A DNA stretch of 64,000 nucleotides, from IMG/VR virus record IMGVR_UViG_3300032296_004087, positions 1 to 64,000 of that record; one strand, written 5' to 3'. Each line of letters begins with the position of its first letter. Within the stretch, counting starts at the first letter, position 1. Below are positions 29,812 to 39,996 of the stretch, in pieces. Both the position numbers and the translations under genes were made by a program. Below the pieces are notes generated by a model. That model did no database searches and had not been told where the DNA came from. It saw nothing but the letters and a program-made list of their open reading frames with translations. The stretch is from a virus. Its lineage: Duplodnaviria > Caudoviricetes.

Positions 29812-29836
29812 GATTATATTTATAAAAAAAAAGATT

Positions 29837-29983
29837 ATGTGGTTTATTTACTTAATTGTTTTCTCACTCCTTATGGGAGGTTTATTTGTTTTGGCAGAAT
29901 TAGTTGTTTATAATTTACCTAATACTATGTTTTCGAAATGGTGGAGAAAATATGTTGTATTTGAGTGTCAAGATTGTGATTAA
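29837..29983 (+). CDS. small membrane protein (48 aa)
   Basis: Hand-translated MWFIYLIVFSLLMGG...FSKWWRKYVVFECQDCD after TATTTAT. Confidence 0.55.
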   Translation: MWFIYLIVFSLLMGGLFVLAELVVYNLPNTMFSKWWRKYVVFECQDCD

Positions 29984-30002
29984 TAGAATCAGGTAACCCT
30001 TT

Positions 30003-30455
30003 TTATGGTTCTAATTTAGAAATCATATTTAGACAATTTTCTTTTATCCACTCAGGTTCCCCTTGAAGAATTTCAATGAATTGGAGTTCCCATAGATAAC
30101 AAATATATTCTTCCTTTAATAAAGAAAAAGATGTTCCTGATTGAATAATTTCCAAGTGTTTTGATTCATGAACCAAAATGCACGCAATATTTTCAACGGA
30201 ATTTAGTTTCATATCACCCTGTGAAATTGTGATGGTGTAATTACCCTCTACAGTTGAGAACTCTCCGTTCCAAAAACTTATTTTTTTACAATGTTTTAAA
30301 ACAAAGTTATAAGTTTTGGTGTCGGTATGTTTAATTAGTTCTAATGCTTGTTCAACCTGAGGAACCCAAGTATCACCTACCAAGTCAATTTTAATTTGTC
30401 CACAAACTTTTAAATTAATTAATAGAAAAATTGGTAACCAAAGAAATTTTTTCAT
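30003..30455 (-). CDS. secreted HExxH zinc-metallopeptidase-like protein
   Basis: Signal-like N-terminus; ILVHESKH...EEYIC. Confidence 0.6.
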   Translation of the reverse strand: MKKFLWLPIFLLINLKVCGQIKIDLVGDTWVPQVEQALELIKHTDTKTYNFVLKHCKKISFWNGEFSTVEGNYTITISQGDMKLNSVENIACILVHESKHLEIIQSGTSFSLLKEEYICYLWELQFIEILQGEPEWIKENCLNMISKLEP

Positions 30456-30485
30456 ATTTATAAGTACATTAATCTACATCCGAAT

Positions 30486-32381
30486 ATGAGAAAATTATTA
30501 TTTCTTTTTTTCGGGACAATTCTTGTGAATAATTTATATTCACAGTCGTGTCCTATACCAACTTTAACAGGAACTCATATCACTATAGATTCCACTTATC
30601 AGATTGGTACATCAACAGCGGGTAAAACAAATGTTGGACTTTGTTTTTATAATAATTCAGGAACTGATATCGCAGCAGTGCAATTTAGACTGTTTTATGA
30701 TAATCAAGCTTTTGGGTCCGTTGATACCATAACTTCTTTGAACACAACTTTTTCACAATATCTCCAATATCAGGATAATCCTGCTTTGGGATATGTGACC
30801 ATTACCCTCACATATACCGGTAGTCTCAATACATTTGATATCCCTGACGGTGGATTGTTTCAAGTGACATTGAACCACACTGCGGCATTGTCAACTACCT
30901 ATTTCAATGTGGGTAATTTAACATTTAATGGTGGTAATGTGTTCAGTGAGACTGCGACCTCACAAGGGGGTAATGACTTTACTTTGAACCTCACAAATTT
31001 TGGTGGTCAGTTATTGTCTCGTACTTTTTCATATCATGTAAATTTTATGAATGTTACCGGTACACCCGCTAAACATGTAAGTGTTGCTCTTGAGAAAAAG
31101 TTAAAAACAACTTCAACTTGGACTTCTGTGAGTGTTGATACTAGCAACCTTCAAGGATGGGTATCATTTAACGATGTTAACATTGATACTACAGCGTTCG
31201 ATGTTAGACTTGCTGTACAGGGAGACACTTTAAACTTTGGGAACATTATTTCTGTTGCTGATGCTCAGAGAGTGAATCAATATGTACTTGGTCAACAAAC
31301 ACCAACAGGGTTTGATTTCCACGCTTCTGATGTGAACGGAGATGGTCAGATTACAATATCCGATGTTTATGCAATTTACGGAAGAATATCAGGTAGGTTC
31401 TCTTCATGGATTAACTCAGTTGCAGATGTGAAATTCTTCACCGAGGCACAGTTTAACACAATTGATGGTTCAGCTTCAAACCTTATTTCTTCAACAGGTG
31501 GAGTAACTAACTTCACATTCGAAATTCTACCAAATACCTCCGATACTGTAACATACTATGTTTTAGGAATGGGAGATGCTAACGGAACAGGATTCAAAAG
31601 AGCTCGTTTAACACCCATCGAAATAGTTAATCCCAATAATGCTAACTTACACATTATAGATGTTACTACAGAATACGACAATAACCTTGAGAGCATCGAA
31701 GTTAATTTTCCTGAATTGGGAGTTGATGAGGGGGATTTGGTAAGTGTTCCTGTAACTTTAAAAACAAATGATATCGATTTGGGCTCATTGCAATTAGCTA
31801 TTAAGTATGATAGTGACCTATTAGAATTCGAATCTTTGGTAACTGAGTTGAAGAGTTCTTATTGGTTGACATTTATCAACACAAATGATGGTGAAGTTGA
31901 GTGGGGGGGATATGACCCTTCATTCAATCAAAATTTAGTAAACAATGGTGAAATCCTTTTTACTTTAAACTTTACTGCAAATGAACTTCAATCCGATTGG
32001 AATAAAAGTCCTTTATATGTTACAAGAAAGTTTGCTGGTGACCAAAACGCAAAGGATTTAAAAATCACCCCAACTGATGGTATATTACAAGTTTTAAAGA
32101 TGGACCCCAATGACATATCGGTTAAAAATCAAATGGTTTTATTCCCCACACCAACCGATGGTTTAGTTACTGCAAGGTTTAAACTTTATGAAAAAAGTAA
32201 TGTGACTTTAGCTGTTTACGATTTAGGGGGTAAGTTAGTTTTTGAAGTAATTGAGGGAACTTATCCAATAGGAATTTATGAACAAACTTTTGATTTAGGT
32301 TCTTTAGCGGCAGGTGAGTATGTTGCAATTCTCAATACTGAAAAAAAGAAAATTGTTGAAAGAACAACAAAAACAAAATAA
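30486..32381 (+). CDS. secreted cohesin-dockerin-cohesin protein with T9SS C-terminal sorting domain
   Basis: Signal peptide; IAAVQFRLFYD and VSVPV..LGSLQLAIKYDSDLLEF cohesin-like segments; SDVNGDGQITISD dockerin loop; LFPTPT...VYDLGGKLV...LAAGEY tail. Confidence 0.75.
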   Translation: MRKLLFLFFGTILVNNLYSQSCPIPTLTGTHITIDSTYQIGTSTAGKTNVGLCFYNNSGTDIAAVQFRLFYDNQAFGSVDTITSLNTTFSQYLQYQDNPALGYVTITLTYTGSLNTFDIPDGGLFQVTLNHTAALSTTYFNVGNLTFNGGNVFSETATSQGGNDFTLNLTNFGGQLLSRTFSYHVNFMNVTGTPAKHVSVALEKKLKTTSTWTSVSVDTSNLQGWVSFNDVNIDTTAFDVRLAVQGDTLNFGNIISVADAQRVNQYVLGQQTPTGFDFHASDVNGDGQITISDVYAIYGRISGRFSSWINSVADVKFFTEAQFNTIDGSASNLISSTGGVTNFTFEILPNTSDTVTYYVLGMGDANGTGFKRARLTPIEIVNPNNANLHIIDVTTEYDNNLESIEVNFPELGVDEGDLVSVPVTLKTNDIDLGSLQLAIKYDSDLLEFESLVTELKSSYWLTFINTNDGEVEWGGYDPSFNQNLVNNGEILFTLNFTANELQSDWNKSPLYVTRKFAGDQNAKDLKITPTDGILQVLKMDPNDISVKNQMVLFPTPTDGLVTARFKLYEKSNVTLAVYDLGGKLVFEVIEGTYPIGIYEQTFDLGSLAAGEYVAILNTEKKKIVERTTKTK

Positions 32382-32451
32382 AACTTGAGGTCTCAATTTG
32401 AGACCTCAAGATGCCAAAGAATACAATAAACCAAAACTAAATTAATTTATT

Positions 32452-32772
32452 ATGTCAGAGGAAACTCAAGAAGGTGGGATGTCAACAATCAAAAAAACTC
32501 TAATAGGATTAGCGACAACTGCCGTAACAGGTGCGGGAGCATATGTTGCAACACATATTAATCAACTTTTCGGAATAGAGGAAGATGTAAAAACTGAAGA
32601 AGTAGCTCCAGTTCAACAGTCAACCCAACCCGCCCCGATTGTTCTTAACATCGACAACTCATCGCAAAATTCTAATCAAAATAGTGGGGGTACAACAGTG
32701 ATTAAAGAAACTAAAGTTGTTGAAAAACCTGTTAAAGAAGATAAAAGTGAGAGTGAAGATGCACCTTGGTAA
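32452..32772 (+). CDS. single-TM protein with low-complexity linker
   Basis: TLIGLATTAVTGAGAYV anchor. Confidence 0.7.
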   Translation: MSEETQEGGMSTIKKTLIGLATTAVTGAGAYVATHINQLFGIEEDVKTEEVAPVQQSTQPAPIVLNIDNSSQNSNQNSGGTTVIKETKVVEKPVKEDKSESEDAPW

Positions 32773-33472
32773 AATTTTTATATCACTTTTTTTATTAGGT
32801 ACAATATCTTTAAGTGGTCAGATTGCAAAAATTCAGACAGAAGAATACACTGCAGGATTTGAGGCAAAAAAAACACTTGATGAATTGCCACCATATCAAG
32901 ACACAATCCAAATCCCAATTCAAATTCTTAAAATTGGTATTAATGATGATGTATACGAAATGTATCCTGAACTTCGTGATGCCAGAGTTGGACTTGGTGT
33001 AACAAATATTGTATTAGAATATTTGGAAGAAACTGAGAGATTTGTTTTTACTGAGGACAAACTTGAAATCAAGGAAAGAATGGTTCAGCAATTCAAAGCA
33101 TCTAATAAAGGATTTACTGAAAATAAATTGGACGGTAAAGGTAAGATTAAACTTGCCAAGTATTTTGTTTACATTGAAGTGTACGATTTTTCTGTAGGTG
33201 AAGATGAGGTTGTTGAAACTTCAGGTGTGACAATTAAACAAATTACTCAACTCGGATTACAAGTTAGATTTGTTGATTCTGAGACAGGAGAGGTAATTAC
33301 AGGTTCCGGTCAAGGAAGAGCAATTACAATCAAAACCTCAAGTGTTTTAGGTGATATCGAGGGACCGGCATTTAATCGTTCAACAGTTGGGGTATCCACT
33401 AAAAAGGCTTTGGAAACAGCATCGGTAAGAGTGGTTACAAAAATGATAAAAAAAGGGGTATTCAAAAGTTAA
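32759..33472 (+). CDS. CsgG/HfaB-like envelope protein
   Basis: Signal peptide; LEETERFVFTE...AKYFVYIEVYDF...LQVRFVDSETGEVI. Confidence 0.65.
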   Translation: MHLGKIFISLFLLGTISLSGQIAKIQTEEYTAGFEAKKTLDELPPYQDTIQIPIQILKIGINDDVYEMYPELRDARVGLGVTNIVLEYLEETERFVFTEDKLEIKERMVQQFKASNKGFTENKLDGKGKIKLAKYFVYIEVYDFSVGEDEVVETSGVTIKQITQLGLQVRFVDSETGEVITGSGQGRAITIKTSSVLGDIEGPAFNRSTVGVSTKKALETASVRVVTKMIKKGVFKS

Positions 33473-33508
33473 TATGTCACCTCGAAAATTATTTTTAGAT
33501 ACTAACCA

Positions 33509-34936
33509 ATGAAAAGGATAATAACGACATTATTTGTTGTTATGTCCACAATTATTTTTGGACAGGGGTTCACATATTCTTATGTGGACCCTTGTTCCAG
33601 ACAGATTAAAACTCTCCAAGTTACAAACAATCAAGCCATAACAGTAAACTATTTAGGGAATATCAATAGTTTTTCATCTAATGATTTTATTAATGGAAAC
33701 TTTGATTTGTGGGTCAATCAAATTACAGCGGCGGTCGCTAACCAACCATGTGATGAGTTATTAACTAATACACAAGTTTCTCAAAATATGTTTATTACTC
33801 AGAATTTAATTTCTACATTAACAAGTATCACGGCCTCTTCCACAATGACAGCCTCTAATGCTGTCGCAAATTCTGTATCGAACTCAACATCATCAAGAAA
33901 AAACAATAGAGAAGGAAACAAAAACAATAGTAATTCAAACTCGACCTCCAATAATCAAAATAATTCGGCAACAGATGGAACAAATAATAATACTCAAGGA
34001 AATACATCAAATGGTTCAACAACTCAGGGTGGAGGAACTCAACAAGGAGGAAATACATCAGGTGGTTCTTCAACTTCAAAAGGAAATAATTCGCAAGGAG
34101 GAACAAATAACCAACCAGCTGGGGTTTCTCAAGGGGGAAGTGGACAGACTCAGCGGGGTGTAACGGGAGAATCTGCACAAACTAATCCTAATGCTACTGG
34201 TGTACAAAATGAAACTTCGGGTGGGGGTAATGGTGGTACGACTAATTCGGTGGCTAATGCCGCAGAAGCCACATCATCAGGTTCAGATGGTAAAGGTGGT
34301 GGTAAACCAAAAGTTGGTTCGTTGATAGGTGTTGGTGATATTGTTGCAATCAGAGTTAATGAAGACAAATCCAATCAGTTCAGAGGTACGATGTCTGTTA
34401 CTAAGTCTAATACAAACAACACAAGAGCTAAAGGTGTTCTTTTAAACTATACCACAACAGTTAATAACTCGAATCTAACCTTTTATGGCGCTTTTTCCAA
34501 TAAAAAAAGAACAAACACTATGATTGTTGCAAATTCATCAATGATAGATTTTGAGCGTAATTTCTTTAACACTACAACGGCTCTTGATTCAAAAACATTC
34601 GGAAAAACATCCATTATGGGTGGATTAAATTTTACTATCGGAGGATTGGGTGGTGAATCTTTTACAAATATTTCGGCGGTAGGCGGTGGATTCCACCCAT
34701 TTAAATTAAACAAAAACTTATCAGGTAACCTTTTGGTTCTTGGTGTTTACTCACCGTTTACTCAATTTTATGAAGGGAAATGGTGGGACTCGGGTTGGTT
34801 GATGGTTCCCTTTAGTTCTTGGGATTATACGATATCTAAAAACTTCAAATACAATGTTAGTTTTTCAGGTGTCTATCAAGTTCAAGGGAGTATTCTCCAA
34901 TTTCAAATATTAACAGGTGGAAAAATATTACTATGA
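33509..34936 (+). CDS. secreted protein with Ser/Asn/Gly-rich linker and likely C-terminal outer-membrane beta-barrel
   Basis: Signal peptide; amphipathic strands ending FQILTGGKILL. Confidence 0.65.
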   Translation: MKRIITTLFVVMSTIIFGQGFTYSYVDPCSRQIKTLQVTNNQAITVNYLGNINSFSSNDFINGNFDLWVNQITAAVANQPCDELLTNTQVSQNMFITQNLISTLTSITASSTMTASNAVANSVSNSTSSRKNNREGNKNNSNSNSTSNNQNNSATDGTNNNTQGNTSNGSTTQGGGTQQGGNTSGGSSTSKGNNSQGGTNNQPAGVSQGGSGQTQRGVTGESAQTNPNATGVQNETSGGGNGGTTNSVANAAEATSSGSDGKGGGKPKVGSLIGVGDIVAIRVNEDKSNQFRGTMSVTKSNTNNTRAKGVLLNYTTTVNNSNLTFYGAFSNKKRTNTMIVANSSMIDFERNFFNTTTALDSKTFGKTSIMGGLNFTIGGLGGESFTNISAVGGGFHPFKLNKNLSGNLLVLGVYSPFTQFYEGKWWDSGWLMVPFSSWDYTISKNFKYNVSFSGVYQVQGSILQFQILTGGKILL

Positions 34937-35382
34937 AAAATATCCTATTATCAATTGGTTTAATAATGTCCTTAGGTTTATTTGGACAAACTTGTTATAC
35001 TGTTAAAGGTATTGAAAATAAAAGTGAAAACCCTGATTTATCTTCAAAAAGGTTTACCTTTGGAGTTAAACAAATTGCTGAGGAACTTATCAGTGAAAAA
35101 TTAAGTTTGTGTGAAGAAGGAACCTCGGTTTTCGTTAATATCATTTCAATTGAAGCTCCTTCGGTTGGTATTAACATTGGTCCTTTTATGATTAAAAAGA
35201 AAATTACAGAGGTCAAAACTGAAGTGGTGATTGAGGGTGTCAAGTATGAAGGATTCGGAAGTGCTAAACTTGCGGTTAAAGCGGGTTTTGCTGAGCTCAG
35301 AGATGAAAATTTACCATTCGAAAAATCAGTGTTTTCATCTGCAATTAAAAAATCATTAGAAAACGCGATTGGAAAATTGTGA
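34933..35382 (+). CDS. secreted hypothetical protein
   Basis: Signal peptide; ends SVFSSAIKKSLE, similar to the CsgG-like C-terminal helix. Confidence 0.7.
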   Translation: MKNILLSIGLIMSLGLFGQTCYTVKGIENKSENPDLSSKRFTFGVKQIAEELISEKLSLCEEGTSVFVNIISIEAPSVGINIGPFMIKKKITEVKTEVVIEGVKYEGFGSAKLAVKAGFAELRDENLPFEKSVFSSAIKKSLENAIGKL

Positions 35383-36581
35383 TGAAAAAATTCGTTGCCA
35401 GTATTTTATTCTTAGTTCTTGTATTTCATTTGCAAGGACAAGAATTTACCTATTCGGGTAACATCTATGATGGGAATGAGGTAGGTGTGCAAGGTGTTGA
35501 AGTACAACTTTTAACAAAAAATATTTCAAATTATGAAATTACTAACCCAACATATTCTAATTTTGCCTTTGCGGGGGGTACCTCAGTAAACGGTTGTGAC
35601 GATTGTGTTCAAGGACCCTTCAATATTGGTTTTAATTTCACCTATTTTGGTAACACTTATACACAATTTTATGTTAGTTCGAATGGTTGGATAGGATTTT
35701 CACCCGGTCAAACAAGTGGTTATGTTGCCCAATTTTTACCAAATGGTAGTGCACCAAAGAATGCTATCTTAGCTGATTGGGAAGATTTGTTTCCTTCCTC
35801 AGGTCAAATGAATTATTATGTGACTGGAAGTTCCCCAAACAGAAAAATGGTTTTTAATTTTAACAGGGTACCATTTTATGATTGCAGGAGTATTTCAGTG
35901 ATTTGGCAAATAGTATTAAGTGAAACTACAAATGAAATTGACATTAACCTTCAATCAAAACCACAATGTGGTGGATATTCCGCCACTTTAGGTCTTACTA
36001 ATATCACAGGAACACAAGTTGTTCCTGTTGGTGGAAAAAACGCGGTGCAATGGTCCATAACTCAAGGTACTTCTTATAAGTTTACACCTTCAACTGTTCA
36101 AACAACATTCAATTATAATAGGTCGGTTTACACCTCAGCCGTTGGAAATTACAACTTCGGTTCAACAGGTTTAGATATTAACAACTATCAGTTTCAAATA
36201 GTAGTTCCCAACCCAACAACAACAAGTCCCTTATCGGTTACCGATGCTAAGTATGTGTCTGATTTAGTTTTAGGTGTTATTCCTATTACTTCCAAAGAAT
36301 ACTATAGAATGGACATTAACAATGACGGGAGAATTACTGTATCGGATGGTTTTCTTTTGTTTGGTGTAACAACAGGTCTAAAAAACAATACTATTCTTGC
36401 ACCTTCAGTAAGAATGTTCAATAGTGGTGAATGGACAACAATCAAAAACTCCACAAATAATCTTAAGTCTACAATTCTTGGTCAGTCTTCAATGACTATC
36501 TCGAACCCTGTAAGAGGTGGCTCAACTAACATCTATTTATTAACCACAGGATACTCAAATAAAAATAAATTAATTTATTGA
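35382..36581 (+). CDS. secreted dockerin-containing protein with beta-rich domain
   Basis: IGFNFTYFGNTYTQFYVSSNGWIGF (nidogen-like); MDINNDGRITVSD dockerin loop. Confidence 0.7.
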   Translation: MKKFVASILFLVLVFHLQGQEFTYSGNIYDGNEVGVQGVEVQLLTKNISNYEITNPTYSNFAFAGGTSVNGCDDCVQGPFNIGFNFTYFGNTYTQFYVSSNGWIGFSPGQTSGYVAQFLPNGSAPKNAILADWEDLFPSSGQMNYYVTGSSPNRKMVFNFNRVPFYDCRSISVIWQIVLSETTNEIDINLQSKPQCGGYSATLGLTNITGTQVVPVGGKNAVQWSITQGTSYKFTPSTVQTTFNYNRSVYTSAVGNYNFGSTGLDINNYQFQIVVPNPTTTSPLSVTDAKYVSDLVLGVIPITSKEYYRMDINNDGRITVSDGFLLFGVTTGLKNNTILAPSVRMFNSGEWTTIKNSTNNLKSTILGQSSMTISNPVRGGSTNIYLLTTGYSNKNKLIY

Positions 36582-36583
36582 AA

Positions 36584-37183
36584 ATGACTAAAATAAAATC
36601 ACTAATACTATTAAGCCTTGTAAGTTTAATTTTTATTTCCGCACAAGCTTTAAAAGATGTTAAAGTTAAAAACCAAATTTTTGAGGTAAATTACTCTCAA
36701 TCATTAGAACAACCACTTGAACTCACTTATCGTTCTATTAATAGACCTACAAATGTAAATCGTGGTTCTATGGATTTTAAAACAGAACCTAATGTTCATA
36801 CTTCAGACCATAACGATTATGCAAAAAATATTTGGGATAAAGGACACTTAGCTCCCGCAGCTACTTTCTCAGATAATATGGATAATCTCAAAACTACTTT
36901 CTCATATCTTAATTGTGCCTTACAAGACCAATACTTAAACAGGGGGGAATGGAGATTACTTGAAGAACAAGAAAGAAAATGGGATGACAAAGAAAATCTA
37001 ACAGTAAGGATAATATTGGATTTTGATAAGAGTTCTTTAGTTATCCCAACAGGTGCAATGGTACCTAAGGGTTTTACCAAACACATTTATTTCGAAACAT
37101 CAAAGAAGTGGGAATGTTATTACTTTCCAAATGAAAAACCAACAAAAAAATGGAATGAACACAAAATTAAGTGTGTTCACTAA
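36584..37183 (+). CDS. secreted DNA/RNA non-specific endonuclease (NucA-like)
   Basis: WDKGHLAPAA...TFSYLNCALQ...LNRGEWRLLE. Confidence 0.9.
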   Translation: MTKIKSLILLSLVSLIFISAQALKDVKVKNQIFEVNYSQSLEQPLELTYRSINRPTNVNRGSMDFKTEPNVHTSDHNDYAKNIWDKGHLAPAATFSDNMDNLKTTFSYLNCALQDQYLNRGEWRLLEEQERKWDDKENLTVRIILDFDKSSLVIPTGAMVPKGFTKHIYFETSKKWECYYFPNEKPTKKWNEHKIKCVH

Positions 37184-37788
37184 GAATTCTGAACTTCAAG
37201 TTTTAACCAATTATAAAACACATTACTGATTTCATCAGGTGAAGTGAGTTTCAAGTCTTTAATTTGGGATTTTAAGTATTCTATAGTTTTCTCAAATGTT
37301 GAGAGGGGCATTTGTTTGTAAAAACCATTTGGTATGATAATATTTTTTAAAAAACCATTTTTTTGTAATTCTCTTAATTTTCTTGTTGCAAATTCATCTG
37401 CAACCAATTCAATTTCTTTCATCAATTTTGCAGCTTCTCCAATGGACATTTCATTTGTGTAAAGTTTCAACATTTTTTCTTTACCATATTTTTTAAATTG
37501 ATATTGGTGGGCAAATTCATGAAATACAGAAAATAAGAACAAAGGTAGTGGTTGTTTAAAAACATTCTCACTAAAAATAATACCATTAATTAGTGCAACT
37601 GCAATACCCATTCGCAGTTTACCCAATTCAATTTTTTTTACACCTGATTTTTGTATATGATTTTCAATAACATCCCAAAACTCAATTATTTCGGGGTAAG
37701 ACGCAAAACTTTTTAATTTAAACTCATCTAACCCTTCAATTTGTTCTGTTAGCAACTTAAGTTGAGATTCATTTACAATAATTTTCAT
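37180..37788 (-). CDS. HExxH protein with MKIIVNESQ leader
   Basis: VFHEFAHQYQ...ELVADEFA. Confidence 0.7.
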   Translation of the reverse strand: MKIIVNESQLKLLTEQIEGLDEFKLKSFASYPEIIEFWDVIENHIQKSGVKKIELGKLRMGIAVALINGIIFSENVFKQPLPLFLFSVFHEFAHQYQFKKYGKEKMLKLYTNEMSIGEAAKLMKEIELVADEFATRKLRELQKNGFLKNIIIPNGFYKQMPLSTFEKTIEYLKSQIKDLKLTSPDEISNVFYNWLKLEVQNS

Positions 37789-37830
37789 TGTTTTATAAAT
37801 AGTTATTGTTAAAAGTATATTTATTGTATT

Positions 37831-38097
37831 ATGGGAAATAAAGTTAGAATCTCTGAAACCGATTTGGTTAACCTAATTGAGAAGGTAATTAAAGAAGAAC
37901 CGATGAAGGACATGAATAGTTTTGGATTTAACATGTTAGGTAAATCTGAAGAAGAAAAAAGTACAATCAGAAAACTTGATTACTTTGAAAGAATTTTTAT
38001 TCCACGGTTCCAAGAAATTAAAGATGTACATGGATTAGAGTTTGTAATTAAACTCTTAAATAATTTGGCGGTTACTTTTGATGAGGTTAAGGATTAA
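37831..38097 (+). CDS. hypothetical protein with ISETDL..IEKVIKEE leader
   Basis: ORF after TATTTAT 37818. Confidence 0.7.
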   Translation: MGNKVRISETDLVNLIEKVIKEEPMKDMNSFGFNMLGKSEEEKSTIRKLDYFERIFIPRFQEIKDVHGLEFVIKLLNNLAVTFDEVKD

Positions 38098-38129
38098 TTT
38101 AATTCTGTAAAGGTCCAAAAGAATACTTG

Positions 38130-38357
38130 ATGAAAAAAGTTAAAAATGGTTTCGAAGTTTTCGACAAAAAACACAAGAGATTTGGTGGACACTGGCAAAA
38201 ATTATCTAAAATAGTAGGATTGGACTATCTGACCATTTATTTTGGTTGGTGGGATTTCTCATATGACCATGAGTGGTATGATGGGCAACATCATTGGTTA
38301 ACTTTAAAAGTAATACGAATTTGTTGGGGTGGAAAACCATTCAAGGATTTAAACTAA
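38130..38357 (+). CDS. hypothetical Trp-rich protein
   Basis: Short ORF. Confidence 0.5.
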   Translation: MKKVKNGFEVFDKKHKRFGGHWQKLSKIVGLDYLTIYFGWWDFSYDHEWYDGQHHWLTLKVIRICWGGKPFKDLN

Positions 38358-38368
38358 GTGATTTTTTT

Positions 38369-38740
38369 TTATTGATAGGTAATCCAAGACTTTGGAAAAT
38401 CACCTTCAGACATTTTTTGGTATTCAACTACGACATCTCTGTGAGGTGAGGTAAAAATTCCTACTCGGACATAACCGTCGGTACGAGGTAGAATGTGTAA
38501 CTGATAGTTTAGTGATTCTACCGACTGACCAAAAGTATTTGCGTTTTCAATATCCACAAAAGAACCTACCACCAAATAATACATTGGAGTTGAAAGCTCG
38601 GGTTGTCTCTCTTTAAGGGTGTGGTGTGAGGGTTGAGACTCGGTTACAAATGACACATCATCTTTACTTCGACCAATCATAAGGAGAATGACCACTACAG
38701 CCAAGACTCCGATTACCTTTAATTTACCTGCGGGTTCCAT
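38369..38740 (-). CDS. membrane-anchored SPOR domain protein
   Basis: TM helix then YYLVVGSF..ENA...YVRVG. Confidence 0.7.
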   Translation of the reverse strand: MEPAGKLKVIGVLAVVVILLMIGRSKDDVSFVTESQPSHHTLKERQPELSTPMYYLVVGSFVDIENANTFGQSVESLNYQLHILPRTDGYVRVGIFTSPHRDVVVEYQKMSEGDFPKSWITYQ

Positions 38741-38863
38741 GTTGAGTAAAGTTTTTTTGTCAATTAATAAAAAAATAGAAAAAAAATTTGGTAGTGTCAA
38801 TTTTTTGTTTTTATATTTGTGGTGTTGTTGAACCACTAACTAAAAACCAACAACATAAATGTT

Positions 38864-39412
38864 ATGTCTAAATTTCTCAAACAAGCAGAAAAGAAGTTCG
38901 CCACCAAAGCGGTTGTGAACATGAACCAAACCCTCAACAGTGTAATCACTGAGGCTTATGTTAAACTCAACCCAAGTGCGTACGGAGACCGTATTCAGGA
39001 GAAGATTCGTCAGACTCTCGGAGCGTCTACAGTAAATGCGTCAGAAGAACGGGGTGACATGGTAAAAGGTAATCGTTTCTACGAGACCAAGGTTACTTAC
39101 CTTTCTCGTTCGAGCAAGACCTACTCAATCCGTCACATTCGTCCTTGGGGTCGTCACACTAACTACTTGTTCTGTCTCATTGACAGCGCAAATCGTTTCA
39201 CTCCACAGTTTTTTGTCTTGGACAAGTACCGTCTTAATTCTTTCACCCTTCGTGCTATGAGTGGTACACCTCGTTCAAACATGGACAATCACAATGTCGA
39301 ACTGTCACTGACGGTTGGTCGTAACTCAGAATCGATGAAGAAACTTCATCGTTACAACTTACTTGAGAACACAAGTGCTGAGGCTTTGGTCAAGTGGTTT
39401 GACGCTCTGTAA
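38864..39412 (+). CDS. hypothetical protein, possible PD-(D/E)XK fold
   Basis: RGD....YETK; after sigmaA promoter 38787-38819. Confidence 0.65.
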   Translation: MSKFLKQAEKKFATKAVVNMNQTLNSVITEAYVKLNPSAYGDRIQEKIRQTLGASTVNASEERGDMVKGNRFYETKVTYLSRSSKTYSIRHIRPWGRHTNYLFCLIDSANRFTPQFFVLDKYRLNSFTLRAMSGTPRSNMDNHNVELSLTVGRNSESMKKLHRYNLLENTSAEALVKWFDAL

Positions 39413-39485
39413 GGGTTATCCCTTATGGAAATAAACCCTCACCCTTGTGGTGGGGGTTTTTTATTTACAATGATATTTATAGATT

Positions 39486-39995
39486 ATGAAAATAGTATTG
39501 AAGGAAACTCAATTTAATATTTTATTAGAAAAATATAAAATCGGGGATGAGGAAAGAGTGAAACTCATGGAAACCGATGATTTTCTGTTGGTAGTACCTT
39601 TAACTCACAATGCGACATGTAAATATGGTGCTAAAACAAAATGGTGTGTAACTGAAAAAGACCCCGATATGTTTGAAAGACATTATGACATGGGTAGTTT
39701 GGGGATATTAATTGTCAAAAATCCTGAAGTAATAGAGACCTTGGGTAATGAAAAATTTGCATTTTATGTGAATCGTCCCACCTCGATTGAAAACGCGAGA
39801 AACATCGAAAAGATTTTAGTTTATGATGATTCTGACCATTTTATTCCTTCACGGAGTTTTCTTAATTTTGCGGACAATTTAGGGTATCTTCCTCAAATCG
39901 AACAAGCAATGAAAATTTTTATAACATACGCCGATAAAAAATTTAACCCTGAAAATTCAGAAATGATAAGAAGGGGTTTACGAAATCCATTTTGA
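39486..39995 (+). CDS. hypothetical protein with MKIVLKETQF leader
   Basis: PLTHNATCKYGAKTKWC motif shared with 25669. Confidence 0.75.
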   Translation: MKIVLKETQFNILLEKYKIGDEERVKLMETDDFLLVVPLTHNATCKYGAKTKWCVTEKDPDMFERHYDMGSLGILIVKNPEVIETLGNEKFAFYVNRPTSIENARNIEKILVYDDSDHFIPSRSFLNFADNLGYLPQIEQAMKIFITYADKKFNPENSEMIRRGLRNPF

Positions 39996-39996
39996 T

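Noticed and set aside
33860-34310. Low-complexity stretch as a DNA repeat element
   Set aside because: It encodes the Ser/Asn/Gly/Thr linker of the 33509-34936 protein
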